From Armatimonadota bacterium (GTDB lineage Bacteria; Armatimonadota; UBA5829; DSUL01), in assembly GCA_039811685.1 (NCBI GenBank), contig JBDHZC010000002.1:64001-128000 (forward strand): 64,000 bases of DNA, read 5' to 3'. Under the pieces are notes generated by a model. It made no database searches and was not told where the DNA came from. It saw nothing but the letters and a program-made list of their open reading frames with translations. Each line of letters opens with the position of its first letter. Position 1 is the first letter of the stretch. A program made the translations under genes and the position numbers. This document shows positions 40,301-49,931 of this stretch, piece after piece.

Positions 40301-41577
40301 GGCTGGCGAACGGAACAACTGTGAATGAAATTCCAGGGTCTGTCACCGCGACGCCGTGGAGTGACGGGAGCTATACCGGAAGATCCGTTCCACTGTTGCT
40401 ACCGGCGTCAAAAACAAATCCTCAGATTACCGTTAATGCGCGTGGCGGGGACTACTACGTGCATACCGGCGGGACCGGAATGATGCTTCAGCTCCACGCC
40501 TTCGACTCTCAGCCGGGGGACACTGATCACGTGAATCTGAAGCACAACGCGCTGGGCGATCTGCAGTCCTTCGAGTTCACACCAGAGAAAACCGCACCGC
40601 ACGCAATTCCTGCGGTTGGAATGAAAGACCCTTCAAACAAGAGCGTGCTGTTCAGATGGCTGAATGTGAATGTTCCAGCGGGCAAGACAGCCGGGTTTGG
40701 AGGGATCAAAGAACAGCTGGCGGCGCAGTTTACCAATCTCACCGGCGCGCCATCCTCTCCCTATATGCTTGTCAAGGGTGTAGATGGCGCTGCTGGTCAG
40801 GCCTCTCAGGTGCTCTTCGAGCCGGTCTCAGTGCCAAATGGCGCGGCGCAAACAGTGACGCTGCTGAACTGGCCAACCAACACACAGGCCAGGCTTGACG
40901 TAGACCTGGATCGCAATGGTACGATTGATCAGTCTTCCGTTGTGCAAGGGGTGACTCCGGTATCCGTGAAAACACCTGGAGAAGCGAAGTTGCTTTCGGA
41001 TGGCACACTCGTGAGTCTGGACAGAGCCGTCGCGTCGAGCGGTGTGTCTGCTTTCAACGGATTCTTCTACTGCCAGGACCCGGACCGCAGTTCGGGAATA
41101 CGGGTAGTTGTCAACGCTTCGGAGATACCCGGGCTACGAGAAGGCAATGACGTACAGGTCATCGGCACAATGGCGACCGCGCTCACTGGAGAGCGGCAGA
41201 TTATCAATCCGCTGGTTATCATCTCTGCGCCTCAATCAGGACCAGATCCGCTCTTTATGACCAACAGGTCTGTTGGGGGCAGCCACTTTGGATCGCCGCC
41301 TATGGGCCAGATTGGAATGAGCGGAGTAGCCATGGGTTTGAACAACGTGGGGCTATTGGTTTCGACGAACGGGCGGGTTACCAGCTGGGACGGACAGATC
41401 GCGTTGATTACTGACGGCTCCGGACCGGTGGCTATTGACCTCACAAATATCAGCCATTCCCCGTTCGAACCAGGCGCCCATCTCATGGTGAACGGTATCT
41501 CCTCCATACGGCTCGAGAATGGGCTGCGTAAACCTGTCATTCTCCCAAGAAGCTCAAGTGACGTGACTGTCTACTGA
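37366..41577 (+). CDS. Large secreted multidomain protein (LamG, Ig-like domains, putative papain-like catalytic region, C-terminal tandem OB-like domain)
   Basis: GGAGGGG RBS, signal peptide; LamG motifs TIEAWV/WTHVAVTY/FSGNIDEVRIW; IPT-like TINGSNF. Confidence 0.85.
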   Translation: MKELQTLVKLAGVATAIMLLASMKPAGAVGPPIRSTLYNGSTNAYSAFPNKMTQDLGTNMTIEAWVYRMDGDRCETIVGHDSTSSWWFGFCPRLSFARKGVSRMTATQVTVPAYQWTHVAVTYNGTNCTFYVNGNSAGTFPLASSGTDPSRELVIGADSRSTPHVYTNPFSGNIDEVRIWSGVRTQSQISSNRFKELRTGTNLLATFSTGGNTEDITGYVGSHGLGATGDVFGILPRDLIVPKASIRPTVDGHLNVDSEYLGAEQLVLPYNAGPDEPDSIAYLVYDETPPASLFVAISAPRHNTGGWPYSNTTMGVMVDPTYSRTSLPDSTDFYLKTSLGDYDPTGSWLNGDGAGGWVQCMLNSQPCTPPSEYAVGKSLCGFEMGGLPCTEFRIPVSKLGSWDEFDGLAVAHANWNSSGTVSMAPGDASPSNPSTWAKVSYGEGSATLPKAIVGGKVNAGLTSGSPGLAGWRVTLSAGGTAYQTLTNSSGIFSFNEPIAANQTVQLQVDNCGFCIYAAPTFYGTGMSGTVVNDLVVQYPGCPSGTCTYQNVQFYIQQVVGPVSVTGVSETYPTPRVVVRDNPTVVSANAASVVTINGSNFHDQVKVYLSPVAPGLVCPCPDDWELYEATIVDRAGDGSWIKVETPTLPGRGRLRKNGPLGNPFGAGYRWVIYDPWTRPNVVTYNLWPNPQANPNNFHLTEPEYPYLWGFGFENRYDDPGWREFSAVYGTNAYYCLGAFGHCISYVMDPMYEAFFPIYMLVGHAMTGSCGGMASTSLMFKQGILNTQQFDPNVYFPSGFIESSVNFDPTWSKSHLGVLYGPASPTNLWARIRVGQMTQVSNETLLQLASQACLEGDWNPFCGSPASRLSELSPNPIGDIAVILGSFSLAHCVTPYAVSGGEIKVYDNNYPNDPASMTVTGNTVNFPNLGYSGSGLFTFPLSIWLNGRTAPLFGSSDFLLSIVAGGADQMVTTQDGKRWGWLANGTTVNEIPGSVTATPWSDGSYTGRSVPLLLPASKTNPQITVNARGGDYYVHTGGTGMMLQLHAFDSQPGDTDHVNLKHNALGDLQSFEFTPEKTAPHAIPAVGMKDPSNKSVLFRWLNVNVPAGKTAGFGGIKEQLAAQFTNLTGAPSSPYMLVKGVDGAAGQASQVLFEPVSVPNGAAQTVTLLNWPTNTQARLDVDLDRNGTIDQSSVVQGVTPVSVKTPGEAKLLSDGTLVSLDRAVASSGVSAFNGFFYCQDPDRSSGIRVVVNASEIPGLREGNDVQVIGTMATALTGERQIINPLVIISAPQSGPDPLFMTNRSVGGSHFGSPPMGQIGMSGVAMGLNNVGLLVSTNGRVTSWDGQIALITDGSGPVAIDLTNISHSPFEPGAHLMVNGISSIRLENGLRKPVILPRSSSDVTVY

Positions 41578-41790
41578 GAGAGACGTAGCCAGGCGAAACG
41601 ATGGCCTCGCGTGAGACGAACTCTCAGCGGGGCCTTTACCTGCGCCGTACGGGCAGCCCTCCGGTGGGCTTCTCACGACCCGAACAGCTTCGGGAGGAAG
41701 TCTGCGCCTTACGGGCGAATTGAATGGAAGATGCCGAGTGACAGCGCCGCCGGCTCTGGCGTCCGCAAGACCACGATAAGGGGAGACGAA

Positions 41791-42285
41791 ATGGACAAAC
41801 AGCGCAGCATAGACCTGCTCAACCGGGCTGTCAGCGATGAGCTGCAGGCCGTGCACCAGTATATGTACTTTCACTTCCATCTGGCGGATCAGGCATTTGG
41901 GCCTCTGGCCGGACTCTTCAAGCAGATTGCAATCCGGGAGATGATTCACGTTGAGATGCTCTCGGAGCGGATTCTGTTCCTCAAAGGCGACGTGGAAATG
42001 GTCGTTGCCGGACCGGTAGAGAAAATTCACGATCCCCAGGAGATGTTGAAAAAGGCGCGCTCGATGGAAGAAGGCAGCGCGGCAGAATACAACACTTTTG
42101 CGCTTGAGTGTTCCCAGAATGCCGACTCTGCGTCCAAGCAGCTCTTTGAGACGCTCGTCACTGATGAGGAAGGGCACTTCGACACCTTCGACAAGCAGCT
42201 GGACAACATCGAGCGCTTTGGACTGAACTATCTGGCTCTACAGTCTTTTGAAGCCGAGCCAGCCTCAGGCGGAGCTCCCACCTAG
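41791..42285 (+). CDS. bfr: Bacterioferritin
   Basis: EL.AV.QY, EMIH.E...ERILFL, DEEGH ferroxidase motifs; GGGGAG RBS. Confidence 0.9.
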   Translation: MDKQRSIDLLNRAVSDELQAVHQYMYFHFHLADQAFGPLAGLFKQIAIREMIHVEMLSERILFLKGDVEMVVAGPVEKIHDPQEMLKKARSMEEGSAAEYNTFALECSQNADSASKQLFETLVTDEEGHFDTFDKQLDNIERFGLNYLALQSFEAEPASGGAPT

Positions 42286-42348
42286 AGCTTCACGGGCCAG
42301 CAAGCTTTCCAGGCCCTGTCCTAACGTGACAGCTTCAGAGTAATCTCA

Positions 42349-42394
42349 CTGGGCCAGACGGCACGCGAGACTTGCGCGCATGAGTCTGGCCCAG
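42349..42394. other. 11-bp inverted repeat downstream of bfr
   Basis: CTGGGCCAGAC...GTCTGGCCCAG, no T-tract. Confidence 0.4.
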
Positions 42395-42773
42395 GACCAC
42401 ATCGTGAAATAGCCACCAAAATCAACGGGTAACAGGCCCGTGCGCGCACAAAGGACAGTCAGCGCACCCATTCCGCAGGTTGTCCGCATATCACTTTTAT
42501 ATTTGCTGGAGCGCTCCGCCACTACTACAGGTCTCCGTTAGCAGCCCTCAGGTCGACCGGTATTCCCCTCTTCGGGTATAGTGCGTTGGCGGAAAATGCG
42601 ACTGTCATAACGCCTCTTCTGGTCAGAATGGGTATGACACTGAAGAAGAGCAACCCGCCGTTTACAGTGGCTTCATTATACGCGTGCGCGTTGATGAGAA
42701 TGCCCGGAACGGCTCTTCTGCAGACCTTGTGGTCCGTTCCTTGAATCCGCTTGTTTTGGAAGGAGGATCTCCT

Positions 42774-44786
42774 GTGAGTGAGACTTTGACCGTCAACAAA
42801 AATCTTGAACAGCTTGCCGTAGACACAATCAAGTTCCTTTCCGTGGATGCGGTAGAGAAAGCCAACTCAGGCCATCCCGGCCTGCCTACCGGAGCGATGG
42901 ACTACGCGTTCGTCATCTGGAACAAATTCCTGCGCTTTCAGCCGAAAGACCCCCGCTGGCCGAACCGCGACCGCTTTATCCTGTCAGCCGGACACGGATC
43001 GATGCTTCTGTATTCACTGCTGCACCTCACAGGTTACGAAGTGTCCCTGGAAGATATCAAGAACTTCCGGCAGTGGAGAAGCAATACGCCAGGCCACCCT
43101 GAGTTTGGTATGACCCCAGGCGTGGAGGCGACGACCGGGCCTCTCGGACAGGGGTTTGCCAATGGCGTAGGGATGGCGTTGGCGGCGAAGATGCTGGCGG
43201 CAAGGTTCAACCGTCCCGGTTTTGAATTGTTCAACTACACAATCTACGCTATCTGCTCAGACGGAGATATGGAGGAGGGAATCTCCCACGAAGCCGCATC
43301 ATTTGCGGGCCACAACGGACTGGGCAACATCATCTACGTGTACGACGACAATCACATTTCCATTGGCGGCAACACCAACATTTCTTACTCCGACGACGTA
43401 CAGAGCCGGTTTGAAGGCTATCACTGGCACGTGCAGAAGATAGACGGGCATGACCGCGCAGCCGCCGAAGAAGCCATTCGAAACGCACAGGCTGTCACAG
43501 ACAAGCCCAGCCTGATCATTGCGCGAACGCACATTGCCAAAGACGCCCCCACCAAGCACGACTCTTCAGCCGCCCACGGAGAGCCATTTGGAGACGAAGA
43601 GATCGCTCTGATGAAGGATGCGCTCCATTGGCCTCAGGAGCCGACCTTCTACGTGCCGGACGGCGTGTACGATGTTTTCCACTCGCGGCCAAAGGCGGTT
43701 GAAGGCGAGCACTCGCAGTGGCGCAACATGCTGGAGAGATACAAGGCCGAATACCCGGATCTAGCGGCGACCTATGAATCTATGCAGGAAAGACGGCTTC
43801 CGGACAATCTGGAGGACGTGCTTCTGGACGCCGGACTGGAACTGGACACAGACGCGACGCGAGGCTACGGCGGCAAAATTATGAACATTGCCGCGCAGCA
43901 TGTGCCGGGACTAATTGGCGGATCTGGAGACCTGGAGCCTTCCACCAAGACTCTGCTCAAGGAATCCACCTCTATTGCGAAAGGAGACTTCGCGGGGCGC
44001 AACATTCACTTCGGCGTGCGAGAGCATGGAATGGGCGGCATCGTCAACGGTATAGCTTACGGTGACTTCTTCATCCCGTATGGCGCCACATTCTTCTGCT
44101 TCCTTGACTATATGCGCCCGTCCGTGAGGCTCTCAGCGCTGTCACACTTGCAGAGTATCTGGATTTTCACACACGACAGCATCTTTCTTGGAGAGGACGG
44201 GCCGACGCACCAGCCGGTGGAGCACTTCGCGATTGCGCGCGCAACGCCGAACCTGATGGACATGCGCCCGGCGGACGCCGCAGAGACCGCTGTGGCCTGG
44301 GCGATGGCGCTGGAACACAAGCACACGCCCTCAGCACTGCTTCTTTCCCGCCAGAAAGCGCCAGCGCTAAAGTACCAGAAGCCACGTGACGCAAAAGGTG
44401 TCAGACGAGGCGCGTATGTTCTGCAGGATGCCCCGGACGGAAATCCGGACGTCGTCATCATTGCCACGGGAACTGAGGTTTACCCGACTCAGGCTGCTCT
44501 GGGCCTTCTGGATGGCGTAAAGGCGCGGCTGGTGAGTATGCCAAGCTGGTATCTCTTCGAGCAGCAGGATCAGAGTTACAAAGACAGCGTTATTCCTCCC
44601 AGCGTGGAGAAAAGGGTTGCCGTGGAAGCCGGAGCATCCTTTGGCTGGGAGCGCTGGGTGGGAGTCAACGGCCTGAAGCTGTGCGTGGATCGGTTCGGCA
44701 TCTCGGCTCCGCTCAAAGAGCTTCAGGAACACTTTGGATACACACCACAGAAGATTGCGGACAGAATACGCGAGTATCTGAAGTAA
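42774..44786 (+). CDS. tkt: Transketolase
   Basis: SGHPG, RDRFILSAGHGS, TTGPLGQG, EDGPTHQP; AGGAGG RBS before GTG 42774. Confidence 0.97.
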   Translation: MSETLTVNKNLEQLAVDTIKFLSVDAVEKANSGHPGLPTGAMDYAFVIWNKFLRFQPKDPRWPNRDRFILSAGHGSMLLYSLLHLTGYEVSLEDIKNFRQWRSNTPGHPEFGMTPGVEATTGPLGQGFANGVGMALAAKMLAARFNRPGFELFNYTIYAICSDGDMEEGISHEAASFAGHNGLGNIIYVYDDNHISIGGNTNISYSDDVQSRFEGYHWHVQKIDGHDRAAAEEAIRNAQAVTDKPSLIIARTHIAKDAPTKHDSSAAHGEPFGDEEIALMKDALHWPQEPTFYVPDGVYDVFHSRPKAVEGEHSQWRNMLERYKAEYPDLAATYESMQERRLPDNLEDVLLDAGLELDTDATRGYGGKIMNIAAQHVPGLIGGSGDLEPSTKTLLKESTSIAKGDFAGRNIHFGVREHGMGGIVNGIAYGDFFIPYGATFFCFLDYMRPSVRLSALSHLQSIWIFTHDSIFLGEDGPTHQPVEHFAIARATPNLMDMRPADAAETAVAWAMALEHKHTPSALLLSRQKAPALKYQKPRDAKGVRRGAYVLQDAPDGNPDVVIIATGTEVYPTQAALGLLDGVKARLVSMPSWYLFEQQDQSYKDSVIPPSVEKRVAVEAGASFGWERWVGVNGLKLCVDRFGISAPLKELQEHFGYTPQKIADRIREYLK

Positions 44787-44974
44787 GAAATCATCAGGCT
44801 GCGCGGTGTCTGACACAATTCATGGACCACCGATGGTCTCTCACCGCGCAGACATCGTTTTTGCGGTTCAGGTCGCTGAGAAACACCCCTGGATGGAAGC
44901 CGCCCGGTGGGTATAATAACGCCGGTGGCCGGCGTCATCACAAGAGTTCAAGAACAATGGGAGCAGGCAGCATT

Positions 44975-46243
44975 ATGACAACAGCAACTACGGATCTGCA
45001 TTCACAGGAAGAGCTGGCAGATCTGGCGGCAGAGATCGTCACGGACGGCTTTTCGGGCGTGAAGGGCACAGAGTTTCAGAGCCAGCCCGCCTATGAGGCA
45101 CTGGTGGGAGCGGGCAGTGAATTGTGGCTGGACACCGGAGACATGGAGGCTGCTCGGAAAGTCTGGGCCAAAGAGCTGAGCGGCCTGACGACAAACAACA
45201 ACCTTGTAAACCAGGTGGTGCAGACTGGCTCGCTCGACCAGGTGATCGGGCAAATCGGCAAGCGGATGCGCGAGCGCGTCCCGGGTCTTTCTCAGAAGGA
45301 CCTGATCATCGAAGCCGCGTTTATTCTGAATGCAAAGATCGCGCTGGGTCTTGTTGAGACTTTTGACGCGAAGGTGAGCGTGGAGTTGCACCCGGATATT
45401 GCCGATGACTGGCGCTCGTCCCTGGCTTTTGGAAAGCGCTACTACGCTTTGAATCCTGGACATCTGCTCGTCAAGGCGCCGATTACCCCGGACGGGTATA
45501 TTGCGGTTCGCAAGCTCTCAGAAGCCGGAGTGCCTATCAACTTCACACTTGGATTCAGCGCTCGCCAGAATTATTTCGCCGCTCTATTTTCACGCCCACG
45601 CTATGTCAACGTCTTTCTTGGCCGCCTCGGCAGCCTGGTTGACGACAACGGTCTGGGGGACAGTACGAATATCGGCGAGCACGTGACGCTGGTGTCACAG
45701 GAGCACATCGAAGAACTCCGCGGACGCCAGCAGGCGCCAACCCGCCAGATAGCCGCCAGTATCCGGAGCGGACAGCAGGTGGCGCATCTCGCAGGAGTGG
45801 ACGTTCAGACAATTCCGCCGAAGGCAGCGCAGGAGTATCTTTCGAACAACGCAGACGCCAAGATGGATATCCGAAGACACTCCTCGGCGCAGTTCCCGGT
45901 CCAGTTGAATAGCGATCCGGAGACAGCGCGCAAAATCAGCACGCTCTGGGAGGTGCCGGACAACTTCAAGGCATTCACAGCCGCAGCCGTAGAACAGGGA
46001 GACTCTATCACCGAAGGCAGCCAGATACTTGAACTGGCAAAACAGCATGGCGTGAACGACTTTTTCCGGTCATGGAGCGAAGAAGAGCTGCAACAGATTG
46101 AAGCAGGCGGAAAAATCCCGAAGTGGTCTTTGTGGGGAGAGAATACAGCGCCCGATGAAATGATGAGTGTCGCGGCGCTAAGGGCGTTCACCAAAGACCA
46201 GAGAGAGCTCGACGGTCGAATCCAGCGGCTGATTGGGGGCTGA
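44975..46243 (+). CDS. tal: Transaldolase-family protein
   Basis: WLDTG, TTN, SVEL, VKAP (Schiff-base Lys), INFTLGFS, FLGR, AASIR; between tkt and zwf. Confidence 0.85.
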   Translation: MTTATTDLHSQEELADLAAEIVTDGFSGVKGTEFQSQPAYEALVGAGSELWLDTGDMEAARKVWAKELSGLTTNNNLVNQVVQTGSLDQVIGQIGKRMRERVPGLSQKDLIIEAAFILNAKIALGLVETFDAKVSVELHPDIADDWRSSLAFGKRYYALNPGHLLVKAPITPDGYIAVRKLSEAGVPINFTLGFSARQNYFAALFSRPRYVNVFLGRLGSLVDDNGLGDSTNIGEHVTLVSQEHIEELRGRQQAPTRQIAASIRSGQQVAHLAGVDVQTIPPKAAQEYLSNNADAKMDIRRHSSAQFPVQLNSDPETARKISTLWEVPDNFKAFTAAAVEQGDSITEGSQILELAKQHGVNDFFRSWSEEELQQIEAGGKIPKWSLWGENTAPDEMMSVAALRAFTKDQRELDGRIQRLIGG

Positions 46244-46249
46244 CACCTT

Positions 46250-47785
46250 TTGCTGGACCTGAGCGTTAACCCCTTCCGGGAAGGACTGACTGAGAGCCGC
46301 GTCGCAGACCCATGCGCCTTCGTCATATTTGGCGCCACGGGCGACCTGACCCACCGCAAACTGATTCCGGCCCTGTTCAGCCTGTACCTGGAAAGCCTGC
46401 TGCCGTCCAATTTTGCCATTGTTGGATTCGCCAGGCGCGACTGGAGCGATGAGCGGTTTCGAGACGAAATGTGGCAGGGCATCCAGGCGCACGCACGGCG
46501 TCTTGCGGGAGAACGTGAGGCGTGGGAGGGCTTCGCGCGCTCCCTGTTTTACAACCGCTCCACGTTCCAAGACCCCGAAGGCTACGACCGGCTAAAGACA
46601 AAGCTCTCGGAGCTTGACAAGAGTCACGACACACACGGCAACAGGCTGTTCTATCTGGCGACTCCGCCCAGCGACTACGAGCCGATTATCGAGCAGATCG
46701 GGGCCCACAACCTCCAGAGCGAAGAGCGCGGGTGGGCGCGGATTATCGTCGAGAAGCCAATAGGAACCGACCTGGCGTCTTCGCGTGAGCTCAATAGCGC
46801 GATACGCAGTGTTTTCCCAGAGTCACGCATCTACCGGATTGACCATTTCCTCGGCAAGGAGACAGTCCAGAATATCCTTGTTTTCCGGTTTGCCAACAGC
46901 ATCTTTGAACCCATCTGGAACCAGAAGTACGTCGATCACGTACAGATCACGAACGCTGAGAATATCGGTTTGGAAGGACGGGGCGCGTTCTTTGACAAGG
47001 CTGGCATTGTGCGAGACCTGGCACAGAACCACCAGCTTCAGCTGTTGACACTCATGGCGATGGAACCGCCGTCATCCCTTCGGGCAGACGCAATCCGTGA
47101 CGAAAAGCTGAAGGTCCTGCAGGCAGTGCGGCTTTTGACACGTGAGGAAGTTGACGAGCACGCCGTGCGCGGCCAGTACACCGCGGGACTCGTCCAGGGG
47201 CAACCTGCTCTAGGCTATCTGGAGGAGCCAAACGTCCAACCGGATTCAGCTACGGAAACCTACGCCGCTGTTCGCCTGTTTGTTGACAACTGGCGCTGGG
47301 CCGGAGTGCCGTTTTACCTGCGCGTCGGAAAGCGTTTACCCAAGAAGTCCACCGAGATCTCACTGCAGTTCAAGGAGATACCAAATATCCTCTTCGGCGC
47401 GACGCAGAAGGACGCGGTCAGGCCGGACCTGCTGGTTATACGAATTCAACCGGACGAAGGCATCTTCCTGCGCTTTACCAGCAAAGAGCCGGGGCCGTCC
47501 ATGCGGCTGCAGCAGGTTCGTATGGGATTTCAGTACGGGGCGTCCTTTGGCACTCCGTCCCCTGAAGCCTATGAACGTCTGCTCCTGGATGCGGCTAGCG
47601 GAGAGCAGGCTCTTTTTGCAAGAGATGACGAAGTTGAGGCGCAGTGGAGAATAGTGATGCCTGTTCTGGACAGGTGGAGAGAACTCGGACGTCAGGGACT
47701 CCATGAGTATCAGGCCGGCACATGGGGCCCGCTGGAAGCCTTCAGCCTGCTCACGCGTGACGGCCGGCGATGGAGGAGAATCTAG
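46250..47785 (+). CDS. zwf: Glucose-6-phosphate 1-dehydrogenase
   Basis: GATGDL, EKPIG, RIDHFLGKE, NWRWAGVPF, EAYERLL. Confidence 0.97.
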   Translation: MLDLSVNPFREGLTESRVADPCAFVIFGATGDLTHRKLIPALFSLYLESLLPSNFAIVGFARRDWSDERFRDEMWQGIQAHARRLAGEREAWEGFARSLFYNRSTFQDPEGYDRLKTKLSELDKSHDTHGNRLFYLATPPSDYEPIIEQIGAHNLQSEERGWARIIVEKPIGTDLASSRELNSAIRSVFPESRIYRIDHFLGKETVQNILVFRFANSIFEPIWNQKYVDHVQITNAENIGLEGRGAFFDKAGIVRDLAQNHQLQLLTLMAMEPPSSLRADAIRDEKLKVLQAVRLLTREEVDEHAVRGQYTAGLVQGQPALGYLEEPNVQPDSATETYAAVRLFVDNWRWAGVPFYLRVGKRLPKKSTEISLQFKEIPNILFGATQKDAVRPDLLVIRIQPDEGIFLRFTSKEPGPSMRLQQVRMGFQYGASFGTPSPEAYERLLLDAASGEQALFARDDEVEAQWRIVMPVLDRWRELGRQGLHEYQAGTWGPLEAFSLLTRDGRRWRRI

Positions 47786-48867
47786 TGGCCCCAACAGACA
47801 GCACGCTCGCCTCGGTAGATATCTCAACTATAGAAGATGAACTGACCGGACTTTGGAAGCAGCAGGACGAATCTGCGGGTGCGGTGTTGCGGACAGTGCT
47901 GCTGACATTGCTGGCCTACTGCCGCAACTCCGACTGCGCTCAGAGAGTCTCGGCCTCCGTTGCGGCGATCGCCGCCGACCACCCTGCCCGCGCCATTATT
48001 GTGACTGATGAAGCCGCCGAAACTGAGCCCAATATCAAAGCCTGGGTGTCTGTTTCCTGCCAGCTTGTCAACCGCAGTGACAAGCAGCACTGCTCAGAGC
48101 AGGTGTTTCTGCAGGCGCACGGGGCGGACATGGGAAGAATTGTCAGCTCAGTTCAGCCACTTGCCTTGCCGGATGTACCATTTGTGCTCTGGTTGGCTGA
48201 CGGAGCGATTCCGCAGAGCGATGTGTTTGGAAAGCTCGTTCAGCAGTCTGATCGTCTGCTGATCGAATCGGCTGTTGCAGAGGACGCGCTGGATCTGTTT
48301 CGGTGGGTTACGGACGCTATGCATGAGCCAGGTCCGTCCGTGGTGGACCTTACCTGGATTGGCCTGGAGTCTCGACGCCTTGCCTTCGCACATCAGTTTG
48401 ATCTGGAGAAGTGGCGCAGCATGCTGCCGGAGGTAGACTGTGTGGAGATTACCGGAGCATGCGACAACGGAAAGTTCAGCGCAGAAACGCTACTGATGGC
48501 GGGCTGGCTTGTCAGTAGACTGCAATGGTACGGCTATGGAGTTGAAAGTCACACTCACCCGGGCCAAACCGCGCCGTCACACAGCCGGATTGTGCGCCTG
48601 ATCCCTTCAGCGTCCGGCCAGCCCGTTGAGCGCGTTACTTTGAAAGCCGGAAGTGGAATGGAAGTGTCAGTGGACTATAGCGCTGACGGCACGGAAGCGC
48701 ACGTCCACGCTGAGGCGGAAGAAGCGAACGAGCAGCGCACGGTGCCGATGAAAAAGCGTTCTCCCGAACGTCTGCTTTGCGGCGCTCTGGAGATTGTGAA
48801 GCAGGACAGCGTCTATCTGGATACTGTACGCACCGTTATGGAGATTCTGACAGAGCCCGCGCCGTAG
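47770..48867 (+). CDS. opcA: G6PD assembly protein OpcA
   Basis: HPARAI, CSEQV.L, LPDVP..LW, DLTW, GWL.SRL.W; follows zwf. Confidence 0.85.
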   Translation: MEENLVAPTDSTLASVDISTIEDELTGLWKQQDESAGAVLRTVLLTLLAYCRNSDCAQRVSASVAAIAADHPARAIIVTDEAAETEPNIKAWVSVSCQLVNRSDKQHCSEQVFLQAHGADMGRIVSSVQPLALPDVPFVLWLADGAIPQSDVFGKLVQQSDRLLIESAVAEDALDLFRWVTDAMHEPGPSVVDLTWIGLESRRLAFAHQFDLEKWRSMLPEVDCVEITGACDNGKFSAETLLMAGWLVSRLQWYGYGVESHTHPGQTAPSHSRIVRLIPSASGQPVERVTLKAGSGMEVSVDYSADGTEAHVHAEAEEANEQRTVPMKKRSPERLLCGALEIVKQDSVYLDTVRTVMEILTEPAP

Positions 48868-48899
48868 CGTGCGCCGCAGTTGCAGGCGTTTTGGGACAA

Positions 48900-49931
48900 C
48901 TAGACGCTCAGGGTCTCACCGGAGCGCGTGTAGTTCTGCTCCATTCCGGTTGGCTCTCCCAGTACGTCTCCATCCAGATCGAGATAGTCAAAAGCGCCAG
49001 TGCCGCACGCGATATGCACTCCCGCGCCAATGCCCACCGGAGACTCCAGCATACAGCCGATCATGAGCTTCTTGCCAGCCGCCTGGCACATAGAGATGAT
49101 GTCGAGCGCGCCTGTAAATCCCGCCTTCATCAGTTTGATATTTACGCCGTCCACTGCCTCCAGCTTCAGCAGCTTGAGAACAGACCGGGGATTGACCGCC
49201 GCCTCATCGGCAAGTACTGGCTCTGGAACGTTTTCTTTGACGTAGCGTAGGCCCTCGATATCTGCTTTCTGCACCGGCTGTTCTACGATCTCTGGGGAAA
49301 CTCCCAGGGCGTTCATCTTCCGGACAAACTCAACGGCTTCCTCTGGCTCAAAGCCCTGGTTAGCGTCAATGCGCAGCTTTGCCTCCGGCGCTCCCAGATG
49401 AATCTGCCGGACGCGCTCCAGGTCTTCGTCTCTGTTCGGACCTCCAACTTTGATCTTGAGATGGCGGTAGGTCTCGGCGGCTTCCCTGGCCAGATCGAAG
49501 GCCAAGCCGGGTGCGACAATCGGAATCGTAAGGTCGCTGACAACGCTGCCTTTCCTTCCGCCGAAAAACTGCGCCATGCTCAGACCGTGAATCTGGCAGA
49601 ACAGATCAACCGCAGCAATCTCCAGACCGGCGCAGGCTGTGTGGCTTTCCGGCAAGCGCTCCCGGACGGTTGCGCAAACAGTGCGCCAGGCGCTGACGTC
49701 CTGTCCACGCAGCGCCTCATCCATTGCGGCAAGGTCTCGCTGAACAGTCTGTTCTGTTTCCCCGGTGACATACTCAACCGGCGTGGCTTCGCCCCGGCCG
49801 ATCAATCCGTTGTCTGATTTCAACTTCACGATGATGGCGCGGCTGACAGACGTTTTGCTTCTGGCGGTCTCGAATACGACTCTTTGCGGAATCTCGACTA
49901 TATCCCAGCTCACACGCACGATTTTTGGCAT
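48900..49931 (-). CDS. Dipeptide epimerase (L-Ala-D/L-Glu type, enolase superfamily)
   Basis: KIKVG, DANQG, EQP, ADE, NIKLMK, GCMLES, DLDG. Confidence 0.92.
   Translation of the reverse strand: MPKIVRVSWDIVEIPQRVVFETARSKTSVSRAIIVKLKSDNGLIGRGEATPVEYVTGETEQTVQRDLAAMDEALRGQDVSAWRTVCATVRERLPESHTACAGLEIAAVDLFCQIHGLSMAQFFGGRKGSVVSDLTIPIVAPGLAFDLAREAAETYRHLKIKVGGPNRDEDLERVRQIHLGAPEAKLRIDANQGFEPEEAVEFVRKMNALGVSPEIVEQPVQKADIEGLRYVKENVPEPVLADEAAVNPRSVLKLLKLEAVDGVNIKLMKAGFTGALDIISMCQAAGKKLMIGCMLESPVGIGAGVHIACGTGAFDYLDLDGDVLGEPTGMEQNYTRSGETLSV

Noticed and set aside
42395..42770. Long bfr-tkt intergenic region as a riboswitch or ncRNA
   Set aside because: No recognisable aptamer, terminator or credible ORF
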